A stretch of DNA of 64,000 nt, from the NCBI GenBank assembly GCA_036307745.1, contig JAXJXA010000111.1:43499-107498 (forward strand), given 5' to 3'. The notes beneath the pieces are model-generated. The model was not told the origin of the DNA. It saw nothing but the letters and a program-made list of their open reading frames with translations, and did not search any database. Positions 39,400 to 49,811 of the stretch are shown piece by piece; positions within the stretch are counted from its first letter, which is position 1, and every line of letters starts with the position of its first letter. A program made the translations under genes and the position numbers. Origin of the DNA: Acutalibacteraceae bacterium. GTDB lineage: Bacteria; Bacillota; Clostridia; Oscillospirales; Acutalibacteraceae.

Positions 39400-40248
39400 A
39401 TGAATTTTTGGACTGAAGGAAATAAAATCATAGATTATAAAAGTCTTTTTAGAATAGATTTACAAAGAAAATTGTTAAAGATGACTAATCAGATTATTAC
39501 AGGCCAAGATATTGCGGACAGTTGTTATAACTATACATACTTTATCCAAGATGAAAAGACGGCTGTTCAGTTTATTACAGACTATGCAAATGAGTTTGTA
39601 AGCAGTCTAAAGAAATATAACCAATCTACTGGTAATGTATTTGTTGGTGTTGTCAATCCTTTGTTAGCTGCTAATCTGATGGCTTTGTATGCTGGTCAGG
39701 AAGCTTCCAAAGAGAATGAATATATTAACCAAAATTGGGATAAAAAAATAGCTCTTAATTTCAAAACATTAGATGAAATTGTAAAGTGCTTTAATGAGAG
39801 AAAAATAAGACAGACTGAAAAAACATTTACTACGAAGGAAAGCTTAGAACAGTTTTCTGCTGAATTCTTAAATAAAGAGTTGTCTAAGTTATATGAAACA
39901 AATCACCAAATGACACTGAGCCAAATGATAGATGCTATTAGTTGTCCTGTTGTGTCAGAAAGAACAGCTAAATCAATATTAAAAAACAGTTATGATAAGG
40001 TTGCTGAAATCATTGTTAACAGACCTGTCAGACTTGATAATATATCAACACTTATAGGCAGTGTCGTATTAGAAAATGCTAAAGATGTTTTGCGTGAGTT
40101 CGTAAAAGATGAAATTCCATTTGATAAAGAGTTCTTGCCTAAGTTAGAGAAAGCTGTTATGTCCCATGAAATATCATCTGTCAGTTTCAGTCCCAAACCC
40201 GTTAACACAATAGAACACGTTAAAATCAAGGGAGAAAAAATATTATGA
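39400..40248 (+). CDS. Hypothetical protein, paralog of 41558..42490
   Basis: RBS GGAGG; shared A..F...Y/N..E/D..ANLM pattern. Confidence 0.75.
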   Translation: MNFWTEGNKIIDYKSLFRIDLQRKLLKMTNQIITGQDIADSCYNYTYFIQDEKTAVQFITDYANEFVSSLKKYNQSTGNVFVGVVNPLLAANLMALYAGQEASKENEYINQNWDKKIALNFKTLDEIVKCFNERKIRQTEKTFTTKESLEQFSAEFLNKELSKLYETNHQMTLSQMIDAISCPVVSERTAKSILKNSYDKVAEIIVNRPVRLDNISTLIGSVVLENAKDVLREFVKDEIPFDKEFLPKLEKAVMSHEISSVSFSPKPVNTIEHVKIKGEKIL

Positions 40249-41552
40249 AACAATCAACAATTGATAGAATGTATCAAGACTATGAGCTTGTAAAAGAATA
40301 TTATGATATTCATAAAGACCTTACTCTAACTAATTCTGATGTCGCCAATGCTTTGCGTTTTATTAGAGATATCTACGCTGTTAACCAAATTCCAGATGAT
40401 TTAAAAGCTAAGTACGATGATATGAATATGATATGGGATATAAAAGAAGCTAAACAAGCCCGTAAAGCATTGGAAAGAGAAATAGCTGCTAATAAGGAAT
40501 GGGAGACTTATTTTAATCTTGCAAAAGAGTACGTTTCTCTGTTTGGATGTCTTGATATGCCAAGAGATTTAACTATCGAAGGACAAGCTCTTGGAAGATG
40601 GATAGAAAAACAAAAAGAAGATTATAACAACCAAACATTGTCTGTTGATAGAGCAAATAGACTGGCTAAGATAGGTCTTGAATGGAATACCAAGTCTGAC
40701 CATATATCATATGATGAAAGCGTTATCTCATATTATGTTTCAAAAGTCTTTAAAGATGCAATTAGCAGCTATCGTCCGCCTGAATTGAATGGCAAAGAAC
40801 TTGATATCTATATCCCATCTCTAAAAACAGGTATTGAGTTCGATGGTATATATCATAAGAAATCACTTAATAAAGATGAAGAAAAGAATAAACTTTGTCG
40901 TGATAATGGTTTTAAGTTAATCAGAGTAAGAACTCCTTCATTACCTAAAATGAGACAAGATGATAATTGCATAATTGTTAATTCAAGTAGAAGTAACAAC
41001 AATGTTGGTAAAATACAAACCGTTAAAGATGTCTTATCTGCCCTGGGTGTTAGTCCTGAGCAAATGCCTGATATTGATATAGTAAGAGATAGATATAATA
41101 TTCATAGTATCATGATAGAAGATAAGACTGCTTATAATGAGTATCTGCATGCTGCTAAGATGTTTTATGAGCAAAATGGACATCTGTTGGTTCCTCGTGG
41201 GTATAAAACTTCATCTGGTATTAAACTTGGTAAATGGATAAGAACTTTACGCAATCCATCATCTGATAAGTGGTTATCATCAAGACAAAGGAATGCACTG
41301 GATGAAATCGGAATGGTTTGGAAAAATATTGATAAAGCTTCCTGGCTGCATGATTTTGAAAGGGCTAGTTCAATGAAGGAGATACCAGAAACCGAAAAAA
41401 CCCTTAATGGTAAAAGTCTTGGAGAATGGTTTAATAAGCAAAAGGAAGATTTTAATAAGGGCTTAATAACAGATGATTATAAATTAGAGGCCTTTAATAA
41501 TGTAAAAGTACAGAAAAAAGAAAGGGGAAGGTCCCATGATGAAGAGAGGTAA
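40245..41552 (+). CDS. Helicase-associated (HA) repeat protein with a central Vsr/DUF559-like nuclease domain
   Basis: W..Y...AK.Y....G...P.......LG.W...Q HA units; ELDIYIPSLKTGIEFDGIYH..G..LIRVR. Confidence 0.75.
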   Translation: MKQSTIDRMYQDYELVKEYYDIHKDLTLTNSDVANALRFIRDIYAVNQIPDDLKAKYDDMNMIWDIKEAKQARKALEREIAANKEWETYFNLAKEYVSLFGCLDMPRDLTIEGQALGRWIEKQKEDYNNQTLSVDRANRLAKIGLEWNTKSDHISYDESVISYYVSKVFKDAISSYRPPELNGKELDIYIPSLKTGIEFDGIYHKKSLNKDEEKNKLCRDNGFKLIRVRTPSLPKMRQDDNCIIVNSSRSNNNVGKIQTVKDVLSALGVSPEQMPDIDIVRDRYNIHSIMIEDKTAYNEYLHAAKMFYEQNGHLLVPRGYKTSSGIKLGKWIRTLRNPSSDKWLSSRQRNALDEIGMVWKNIDKASWLHDFERASSMKEIPETEKTLNGKSLGEWFNKQKEDFNKGLITDDYKLEAFNNVKVQKKERGRSHDEER

Positions 41553-41557
41553 TTTTT

Positions 41558-42490
41558 ATGAGTACTTTTTGGAAAGGGAAAACACTACATAAGGTTGTTG
41601 CTGAATATCTACAGGCGGCATTGGATGATATTGAAGATACACAACCGATGTCTATTGATGGAATCGTAAATGATTTATGTGGTGATATAACAATTAAAAA
41701 CGATGCTAAAACATTCGTGGCAGACTATTTCGATGATGCTGTTAATGCTGTTGCTTTGTCTCATCCTGATAGTTCGTTTCGTTATTCTCAATATGAACGC
41801 ACAGCTAATCTGATGATTAAACAGGCAGCAAGAGAAATTTTAAGCAAATGTGATACTGCAAAAGAATATGATGATACCTATCATATCTGGAGAGCAAATA
41901 ATATTGAAGCTTTGAAAAAAGATTTGTATATTGTTGTCTCTATGTCTGATAAAAAATTCCAAAGAGCTTGTGATGTAGAATTTGAAAGTCTGGAAAGTTA
42001 TACATATCGTTTCTTAGATTATATTTTGCCTAAAATGGAAGGTAAAAGATTAAATATTAAAGATTTAGCACTCGAATTACCTCTTGCTTCATTGTCTGAC
42101 AGCGATGCCCGAAAGTTTATGAAAAGTAATTTTAACGAAGCTATGGATTTGTTAGATAAATTCAGAGACTCTGGTTATAAGGTTGATTATAGTAAACCAG
42201 ATGAAATGATACAGAATATAGTTTATCAAAAAGAAAAAGAAATCTTTTCTAATAATCCTTTTTTAGTTGATGCTATTGAATATGGTGGTGCAACTACTAT
42301 TACAATTGACAAGGATTTTATAGAAGATTTGTTAGATAGTCTGCATAAACAAAAGACTAATGTTAAGGTGTGCCAGTTCGGGACTATGAAGAAAGATTAT
42401 AGTCGCCATACACAGAAAAACGGCTTAGGTAGTCCAGGTAAAGTATTGGATTTGAGACGTTCTAATAATAGAATTGAGATTTTGCACTAA
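41558..42490 (+). CDS. Hypothetical protein with an internal duplication
   Basis: Long ORF in operon; DAKTFVADYFDDA and DARKFMKSNFNEA repeats. Confidence 0.75.
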   Translation: MSTFWKGKTLHKVVAEYLQAALDDIEDTQPMSIDGIVNDLCGDITIKNDAKTFVADYFDDAVNAVALSHPDSSFRYSQYERTANLMIKQAAREILSKCDTAKEYDDTYHIWRANNIEALKKDLYIVVSMSDKKFQRACDVEFESLESYTYRFLDYILPKMEGKRLNIKDLALELPLASLSDSDARKFMKSNFNEAMDLLDKFRDSGYKVDYSKPDEMIQNIVYQKEKEIFSNNPFLVDAIEYGGATTITIDKDFIEDLLDSLHKQKTNVKVCQFGTMKKDYSRHTQKNGLGSPGKVLDLRRSNNRIEILH

Positions 42491-42503
42491 CGAGGTGGAA
42501 CTT

Positions 42504-43505
42504 ATGGAAAAAATATTAAAAAATCTTAGACAAATAGCTTCTATGGTTATGAATCCAGATAAATATGCAAGTTTCTTGGATTTAGCTGCAAGATTTCCGA
42601 ATCTGAATATATATAATCTGTTGTTACTGTGGTACCAAAAACCTGATGCTACACTAGTTGCGGGTGAAAATGCCTGGAAAGATAATTACAGCTTAAAAGT
42701 AAAAGAAGGAGAACGTGCTATTTGTCTGCTTAGACCTACTTTGATTGATGAAGAAACTCTCTCATATGCACAAATAGGTGTTTTTGATATTAGCCAGTTA
42801 GAAAATCAACCAGAAATAAAAAAAGAAGAATTTTCTCTTATGGATTTTTTTGTTGAAGAGACTGGTTGTGTTGTCAGTATTGATAATGATGGGATTTTAG
42901 ACGACGATGATGGTGATTATAAAATAATTGGTGATGATTACGAAAAAGAAATGTTTATTAGAAATTATCCCAATAATTCACCAGAAGAAAACGAAAAACA
43001 CATAAACAGACAGATTTTAACAGAATATGTTGATGAATACTGCCGTGAAAATGACAACAATGCAAATGCAAAAGCACTTTTTAATAAAAGCTTAAAACAT
43101 TTACTGTTTAAAAGATATGATTGCGGTAATGTAGAGTTGAATAATTTTTGTATTTCATCAAATAGAGCTTCAGGTCGTGATAATCTGCAGTTTTTAGCCA
43201 GTATTATCAATGAAGCAAGAGAAACTATTGAGAAAATTGAACACCGAAACTATGTTGAGTTTAACTTTGTTGAGTTGGCTTTTATTAATATGTTAATAGA
43301 TGCTGAATACGAAGAAGATTATGAGGAAATCTTAAACCTAGGTATTGAAAACGATGATTTCTTTATGAGTGAGGCAAGAGGTAAATTTATAGACAAAATA
43401 CAGATATTGTCCTCGGATGATTTTTCACGTATTTTCTCAGATAGAAAGCATAATAAAATGATGACTCAACCACCTTATAGATGTAAATTAATTCCTGAGT
43501 TTTAA
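42504..43505 (+). CDS. ArdC-like N-terminal ssDNA-binding domain protein
   Basis: Y..FL....RF......N.LL...Q.PDAT.VAG..AW.....VKEGERAI..L.P..VFDISQ; acidic C-terminus. Confidence 0.8.
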   Translation: MEKILKNLRQIASMVMNPDKYASFLDLAARFPNLNIYNLLLLWYQKPDATLVAGENAWKDNYSLKVKEGERAICLLRPTLIDEETLSYAQIGVFDISQLENQPEIKKEEFSLMDFFVEETGCVVSIDNDGILDDDDGDYKIIGDDYEKEMFIRNYPNNSPEENEKHINRQILTEYVDEYCRENDNNANAKALFNKSLKHLLFKRYDCGNVELNNFCISSNRASGRDNLQFLASIINEARETIEKIEHRNYVEFNFVELAFINMLIDAEYEEDYEEILNLGIENDDFFMSEARGKFIDKIQILSSDDFSRIFSDRKHNKMMTQPPYRCKLIPEF

Positions 43506-43518
43506 GGAGGCATTATAT

Positions 43519-46500
43519 ATGACTAATAATGAACTAAATAATAATATCCCACGAAACCAAAACAATAATAAAGATAATAAAACTGCTTTGAAAATTGCAG
43601 GAATTGTTGCAATGATTTTATTAATGATTTTGGTTATTCGTGGTTGTATGGGAAGTAAGAAACCAACTGATGTTCCCCCTACTACTGAACCTGTAATTAC
43701 TGAACCTGTCCCTACCGAACCCGTTCATATTCACTCTTATGAACGTGAAGTAATAGAACCAACATGTATAAAAGATGGTAAGACTGTTTATACCTGTGAA
43801 TGCGGTCACAGTTATGTAGATAGCACAGTTAAAGCACTGGGTCACGATTACGAAGAGAAAATCACAAAGCCTACTTGTGAAGAGAAGGGCTTTACTGATT
43901 TCACTTGCCGCAGATGTAAACACCATTATGTTGGTGATTATGTAGAGGCAATGGGTCATAAGTATAAGGAAACTAAAAAGGCTGTCACCTGTACAGAAGA
44001 TGGCTATACTAATTACAAATGCACTGAATGTGATAAAGAATATAAAGGCGATACAGTTAAAGCACTGGGTCATAATTATTCCGTTAAGGTTATTTCCCCT
44101 ACATATACAACTAAGGGTTATACCCTCCATACTTGTCAACGTTGTGGATATGAGTATAAGGACAATTATACCGATGTTTTAAAAGATGAAAATAATAAAC
44201 CTTCTCATACTCATAATTACACGACTAAGGTTACAAACTCCACATGTACTGAACAAGGCTATACAACTTATACCTGTGCCTGTGGTGACAGTTATAAAGA
44301 TAACTACACAGATGCACTGGGACATACTCTTGTAAAAAATATTATTAGCCCAAATTGTTTAAATAAAGGTTATACAAATCATAAGTGTACAAGATGCGGA
44401 TATTCTTACAATGACAATGAGCAAGAAGCTCTTGGCCATGATTATACAATGGTGATTGTTAAGGCAAGCTGTTTGAATGATGGTTATGAAAAATATACCT
44501 GCCGTAGATGCGGTGATGTTTATACCAAAATCATCAAAGCAACGGGGCATAAGTATAAAGAAACAGTGATGAAACCAACCTGCACAGAAGATGGTTACAC
44601 TAAATATGAATGCAGCAAATGCGATGATAGCTATATTGGTAATAAAGTTAAGGCACTGGGTCACGATTATAAGGATATTGTTAAAGAACCAGATTGTCTG
44701 AACAAGGGTTATACAACTCATATCTGTAATAGATGTGATAATAGCTATAAAGATGATTATACAGACGCACTTGGACATTCTTATAAAACAACAGTTACTA
44801 ATCCTGATTGTTTGAATGAGGGATATTCTACCCATGTCTGTGAACGCTGCGGAGATAGTTATGTAGATAATCAAACAGTTGCATTGGGTCATGACTATGA
44901 AGCCAAAGTGACTGAACCTACTTGTACTAATAAAGGATACACAAAGCACACCTGTAAGCGTTGTGGAGACTTCTATTATGATAGCTTTGCAGATGCAACA
45001 GGTCATAGCTATACTGAACAGATTATTGAGCCCAGTTGTACTGAAAAAGGCTATACAACCCACACTTGTATAAAATGTGGACATTCTTATAACGATAACG
45101 AAAAGGCAGCTCTTGGCCATGATTACGAGTCCGTAGCAATACCTCCAAGCTGCATAGAAAAAGGTTACGTTACTAATACTTGCAGTAGATGTAATGATAG
45201 CTATACCGAATACATTGACGCATTAGGTCATGATTATACTGTTACAGTAAAAGCTGCCACTTGTACAGAAGACGGCTATATAATGCATGAATGTAAAAAG
45301 TGTCCTGATAACTATAAGAGTGATGAGCAACCTGCATTAGGACACGACTATGTTGTTACTGTTAAAGAGCCTACTTGCACTGAGGGTGGATATACAACTC
45401 ATGTATGCAGCAGATGTCAAGATAATTATGTTGATAATCAGAAAGAAGCTTTAGGACATGATTATAAAATAACTGTTGTATCCCCAACCTGTCTTGAAAG
45501 AGGATATACCTCTCATGTCTGTCAACGTTGTGATGATAGGTACAATGACAACTATGTAGATGCACTGGGCCACAACTATAAAGTCGTTGTAACAGCACCA
45601 ACTTGCACCGAAGACGGTTATTCTACTCATACCTGTAATAGATGCGGAGACAGCTATGTTGATGGTAAAACACCAGCAACAGGTCACCAGTATATAGACA
45701 TTGTTATTGACCCAACCTGTACAGAAGATGGTTATACAAAGCATGTGTGCGATAATTGCGATGATACTTATATTGATAATGAAGTTCCAGCAACGGGGCA
45801 CATTTACACAACTACTGTTATAGAGCCAACCTGTACGGAGAGGGGTTATAGTAAGCATATTTGTGCTTGTGGAGATTTCTACTATGATAACTACATTGAC
45901 GCACTGGGTCACGATTATCAATCTGAAATTATAACAGCACCAACTTGCACCGAAGCTGGTGAGAAGAAGTTTACTTGTAGTAGATGTGGAGATAGTTATA
46001 CTGAAAATATTGATGAGTTAGGTCATAGTTATACAGAAAATATAACAGCTCCAACATGTATTGACCAAGGATATACTACTCATATTTGTGAGAGATGTGG
46101 TGATTTTTATTTAGATAACTATGTGGAGCCATTGGGCCATGATTACGTGTTAGCGGGCTCAGCGGAACCACAACCTGGTATTGCTGGCATTAAGATTTAT
46201 GAATGTTCAAGATGTGGAGACACATATTCAGAAGAAATACCTGCTTTGCCTTCAGTCCATATCCATGATTTGGTTGCCATTGATATTGGAGCAACTTGTA
46301 CAGATGATGGTCGTCATCTGGTTAGATGTCAGACTTGCGGTGAAGTTGTTGAAGATACTGTTATACCTGCAACAGGGCATAACTACAAAGAGACAAGCAG
46401 AACAGAGGCACAGCCAGGCATAGAAGGGCTTGTTACCTATACCTGTCAAAATTGCGATGCTAGTTATAGTGAAAGAATTCCTGCATTACACCAACACGTC

Positions 46501-48612
46501 ACAGCAACAAGAGAAACTTTGGCTCCAACGTGTACTACAACTGGAACAAGTGAACTATATTGTACTGATTGTGAAGAGATAATAGAGCAACAAACAGTAC
46601 CTGCATTAGGCCATGATTACCAAACTACTGTAATAAGAGAAGCAACCTGTACCCAAGACGGAGAACAGACAATAACTTGCAGTCGTTGTGACTACAATGA
46701 AACAAAAGTGATTAATAGATTAAATCATGAATATCAAGTTGTAGAAAAAATCGGGTTTGTGATTACAAAAACTCCTTATTCATCTTCTTATGATATTGAA
46801 AGATGTATTCATTGTAATGTTGAAAGAGGTATTTATAGATATGTTTTAAGCTTAGTTAACGCTATCAATATATCTGAAGCAACAGCACAAGAGTTTAAGG
46901 ACAATTATTATATTGATTTACCTCATGTGAATGGTTCTGAAAATACAGTTGATGTAACTTATTATATTCATACAAGAGTTGCTGGTTCTGAAACAGTAAA
47001 GTTTACTGATATTGATGTAACAGAAGAGAATGGTCAATACGTATTTACATTTACATCAGAACCTATGAATATTCCTGGTGATGATTTAATAAAAGAATTT
47101 GCTGTGATGCCAACATGTGCTAGTTGTAATAATGAGATGATTGGTCTTTCTATAAATGACCAAAATCAAGTTGTTTTGCAATTGACATATAATAAAATAG
47201 TCAGTGAAAACAGATTGATGTCTGGTCCAAGCTTTAATACTGCTATCAGCGACAAGAACCCAGCTTCTATTATTTTTACTAATGCAAGTATCCCCACTGA
47301 TAAGACTTTAATAGATTTGTCTGATAAACAAAATGGAACTGTTATTGGCTGGATGGATGGAACAACGATGTATATTGCCTCGAACACAGGTGATAAAATT
47401 AGATTTAATTTAGATTCCAGCAAAATGTTCTCTAACAGTTCAAATAATCTCTCAAATCTAAAACAAATTACTTTTAATAATATTGACACAAGCGAAGTTA
47501 CCAATATGAGTCAGATGTTCAATAACAGCAGAGTGACTAATATCGATTTAAGAAACTTTGATGTTTCCAGTGTTGTCAATATGTCTAAGATGTTCTATAT
47601 GAGTCCAACAAGTTCAATCAATATGTCTGGATGGAATACTGGTAAAGTAACTGATATGAGCCAGATGTTTAGAATTGCATCTAATGTTGTTGAACTTGAT
47701 TTAGGTGATTTTAACACATCAAGAGTTACTAATATGTATGGTATGTTCAGTAATACTGCTAAGTTATCATCGTTGAACATCAGTCGTTTTAACACAAATC
47801 AAGTTACTAATATGAGCGAAATGTTTGCAGGAAGTGGATTGTCTGAAATTAACTTATCCCATTTAAATACTGCAAATGTAACAGATATGAGTTATATGTT
47901 CCAGAAATGCGACAAAGCAACGTCTATTGATGTAAGCAGCTTCAATACATCTAATGTAACTAATATGGATAGTATGTTTGAAACCTGTTCTCTATTGACC
48001 ACATTAGACTTAACCAGCTTTGATGTGTCCAATGTTACGAATATTACCAATATGTTGGCAAGATGTTCTAACTTGACTACTATCTATGCTAACAACTGGT
48101 CCGAATTGTCTCATAAGGTTGCTGATACAGCTTCAGTATTTAACTGGAGCAGCAATCTGGTAGGTGCTGTACCTTATAATTCAAGTAATGTCAGTTTTAG
48201 TATGGCAAATACAACATCTGGATATTTCACAAGCAAAACAGATGAACCGCAAGAATTCACTTTGCCTACATTTGTTCTTCCTGATATTACAGAATTAAGA
48301 ATGCCAGCAAATACAACAACGGTAGATACTATTGAACTGTATAATCCAATTGAGAATGAGGGAAATTATAAAATATATTTTGAAATTCTTATCAATTCAC
48401 TTAATGTAAATGAAAGTGAAGAATATATCGGTTTCTTGTATTCAGCTGATGAAGATGTTTTACCTGGTGAAAGCATAACAGAATTAGATTTTGATGCAGA
48501 ATTAGAGCCTGGAACGTATCGAGTATATATTTCCATGGTTCCAATTTACATTCCAGATGAATCATTGATAATCGACCCAACAAGGTTGGCGGTTAATTTG
48601 ATAGTAGAATAA
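43519..48612 (+). CDS. Giant membrane-anchored adhesin: Cys/His repeat stalk plus DUF285 head
   Basis: N-terminal TM; 26-27 units of GH.Y....PTC...GY....C..C; then 25-26-aa F.TS.VTNM..MF repeats. Confidence 0.88.
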   Translation: MTNNELNNNIPRNQNNNKDNKTALKIAGIVAMILLMILVIRGCMGSKKPTDVPPTTEPVITEPVPTEPVHIHSYEREVIEPTCIKDGKTVYTCECGHSYVDSTVKALGHDYEEKITKPTCEEKGFTDFTCRRCKHHYVGDYVEAMGHKYKETKKAVTCTEDGYTNYKCTECDKEYKGDTVKALGHNYSVKVISPTYTTKGYTLHTCQRCGYEYKDNYTDVLKDENNKPSHTHNYTTKVTNSTCTEQGYTTYTCACGDSYKDNYTDALGHTLVKNIISPNCLNKGYTNHKCTRCGYSYNDNEQEALGHDYTMVIVKASCLNDGYEKYTCRRCGDVYTKIIKATGHKYKETVMKPTCTEDGYTKYECSKCDDSYIGNKVKALGHDYKDIVKEPDCLNKGYTTHICNRCDNSYKDDYTDALGHSYKTTVTNPDCLNEGYSTHVCERCGDSYVDNQTVALGHDYEAKVTEPTCTNKGYTKHTCKRCGDFYYDSFADATGHSYTEQIIEPSCTEKGYTTHTCIKCGHSYNDNEKAALGHDYESVAIPPSCIEKGYVTNTCSRCNDSYTEYIDALGHDYTVTVKAATCTEDGYIMHECKKCPDNYKSDEQPALGHDYVVTVKEPTCTEGGYTTHVCSRCQDNYVDNQKEALGHDYKITVVSPTCLERGYTSHVCQRCDDRYNDNYVDALGHNYKVVVTAPTCTEDGYSTHTCNRCGDSYVDGKTPATGHQYIDIVIDPTCTEDGYTKHVCDNCDDTYIDNEVPATGHIYTTTVIEPTCTERGYSKHICACGDFYYDNYIDALGHDYQSEIITAPTCTEAGEKKFTCSRCGDSYTENIDELGHSYTENITAPTCIDQGYTTHICERCGDFYLDNYVEPLGHDYVLAGSAEPQPGIAGIKIYECSRCGDTYSEEIPALPSVHIHDLVAIDIGATCTDDGRHLVRCQTCGEVVEDTVIPATGHNYKETSRTEAQPGIEGLVTYTCQNCDASYSERIPALHQHVTATRETLAPTCTTTGTSELYCTDCEEIIEQQTVPALGHDYQTTVIREATCTQDGEQTITCSRCDYNETKVINRLNHEYQVVEKIGFVITKTPYSSSYDIERCIHCNVERGIYRYVLSLVNAINISEATAQEFKDNYYIDLPHVNGSENTVDVTYYIHTRVAGSETVKFTDIDVTEENGQYVFTFTSEPMNIPGDDLIKEFAVMPTCASCNNEMIGLSINDQNQVVLQLTYNKIVSENRLMSGPSFNTAISDKNPASIIFTNASIPTDKTLIDLSDKQNGTVIGWMDGTTMYIASNTGDKIRFNLDSSKMFSNSSNNLSNLKQITFNNIDTSEVTNMSQMFNNSRVTNIDLRNFDVSSVVNMSKMFYMSPTSSINMSGWNTGKVTDMSQMFRIASNVVELDLGDFNTSRVTNMYGMFSNTAKLSSLNISRFNTNQVTNMSEMFAGSGLSEINLSHLNTANVTDMSYMFQKCDKATSIDVSSFNTSNVTNMDSMFETCSLLTTLDLTSFDVSNVTNITNMLARCSNLTTIYANNWSELSHKVADTASVFNWSSNLVGAVPYNSSNVSFSMANTTSGYFTSKTDEPQEFTLPTFVLPDITELRMPANTTTVDTIELYNPIENEGNYKIYFEILINSLNVNESEEYIGFLYSADEDVLPGESITELDFDAELEPGTYRVYISMVPIYIPDESLIIDPTRLAVNLIVE

Positions 48613-48806
48613 TTTTGAAGCAGAGAGCTAAAAAGTTCTCTGCTTTTCTCTTCGTTGTCTTGTAAAAAATAGTAAATTAATAACATAGAGGTAATGTCAA
48701 TATAGCGTAGGGCAATTAGACATACTAATATTACTTTTACGCTCAATAATTTTGACATATCATTAACATTGGATTTTGATTCCACATAAAAAGGACTGAT
48801 AGAATT

Positions 48807-49457
48807 ATGTTAAAGAAAATAACAATAATAACTCTTTTACTTATCATGTTAGCTTCATCGTTTATCACTCCTGTATATGCTGAGACTGAAGTTAAAATGA
48901 CTGGAACGTATTACGATAAGTTTGAGTTAAAAGGGAATGGAGCCAGTCTATTTGATATTCCCATTATGAATCCTGGTGATGTCTGGGAAAACAGTATCAG
49001 CATTAAAAATACAACCAGTGATAACATGGAAGTCAAGCTTTCTGAAATAACAAATAAAAACAAAGATAATCTATTATTTGATGTTTTGGAAGTTGTTATT
49101 AAGATAAATGGGGAAGTAATTTATGAGGGTTTATATAAAGATGTCCCCAGCTCTAAATGGGTAACTATTAGTCCCAATAGCTCTATGGTTGTTGATGTTA
49201 CATTAAAATTTCCTGGTGAATGCGGTAACGAATATCAGGGTAAGAAACTTGACAGCACATGGACATTTGAGGCCAGATTACCAGATGGAGCAACACCTAC
49301 TCCAAAGCCCCCAAAGGATGATAAAAATCCCGTTCCTACTGGTGTGGTTAGTGGATTATATGTAGGTGCATCAATTTGTTTAGGTTCTTTGTTATTCTTT
49401 ATTTTGTTAGGTAAAAGAAAAGATGATAAAGAAAAGCCAAAAAATAGAAAAAAATAA
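48807..49457 (+). CDS. Sortase-anchored TasA-like (fibre base) protein
   Basis: Signal peptide, MNPGD and GNEYQG motifs, Pro-rich linker, VPTG, TM, basic tail. Confidence 0.75.
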   Translation: MLKKITIITLLLIMLASSFITPVYAETEVKMTGTYYDKFELKGNGASLFDIPIMNPGDVWENSISIKNTTSDNMEVKLSEITNKNKDNLLFDVLEVVIKINGEVIYEGLYKDVPSSKWVTISPNSSMVVDVTLKFPGECGNEYQGKKLDSTWTFEARLPDGATPTPKPPKDDKNPVPTGVVSGLYVGASICLGSLLFFILLGKRKDDKEKPKNRKK

Positions 49458-49465
49458 GATTAATA

Positions 49466-49685
49466 CTATTAGTAATTATCGTATTTGTAGGAAATTAGTA
49501 GTAGTAAGATATAACAAAAGACAGTAAGAAAAATATTGTTTTTGCCAACTATTAGTAATTAAAAAATATGTAGTAAATTAATATATGGTAATAGATGGCA
49601 AAATTACGAAAGAAAAAATAATATTTTTCAGAAAATTTTCTTCAACCTATTAGTAATCGAAAATAAAATAGTAAATTAGTAATAG
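49466..49685 (+). promoter_or_regulatory. Three tandem class-1 promoter motifs
   Basis: CTATTAGTAAT followed by TAG(G/T)AAATTA, with the TAG box at 49488, 49571 and 49669. Confidence 0.75.
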
Positions 49686-49811
49686 TTGAAGATAACCAAA
49701 TACCGCTTGGAATACGCAAGTGATTGTGATAGGCGACAATGATGTAAATCGTTCTTTTGTTATCTTGCTATTAAAAAAAATAAAAATTTTTATAAAAAGG
49801 AAGTATTGATT

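Noticed and set aside
49685..49810. Known riboswitch (e.g. c-di-GMP) in the major subunit leader
   Set aside because: The region is structured, but I cannot match any aptamer consensus by eye.
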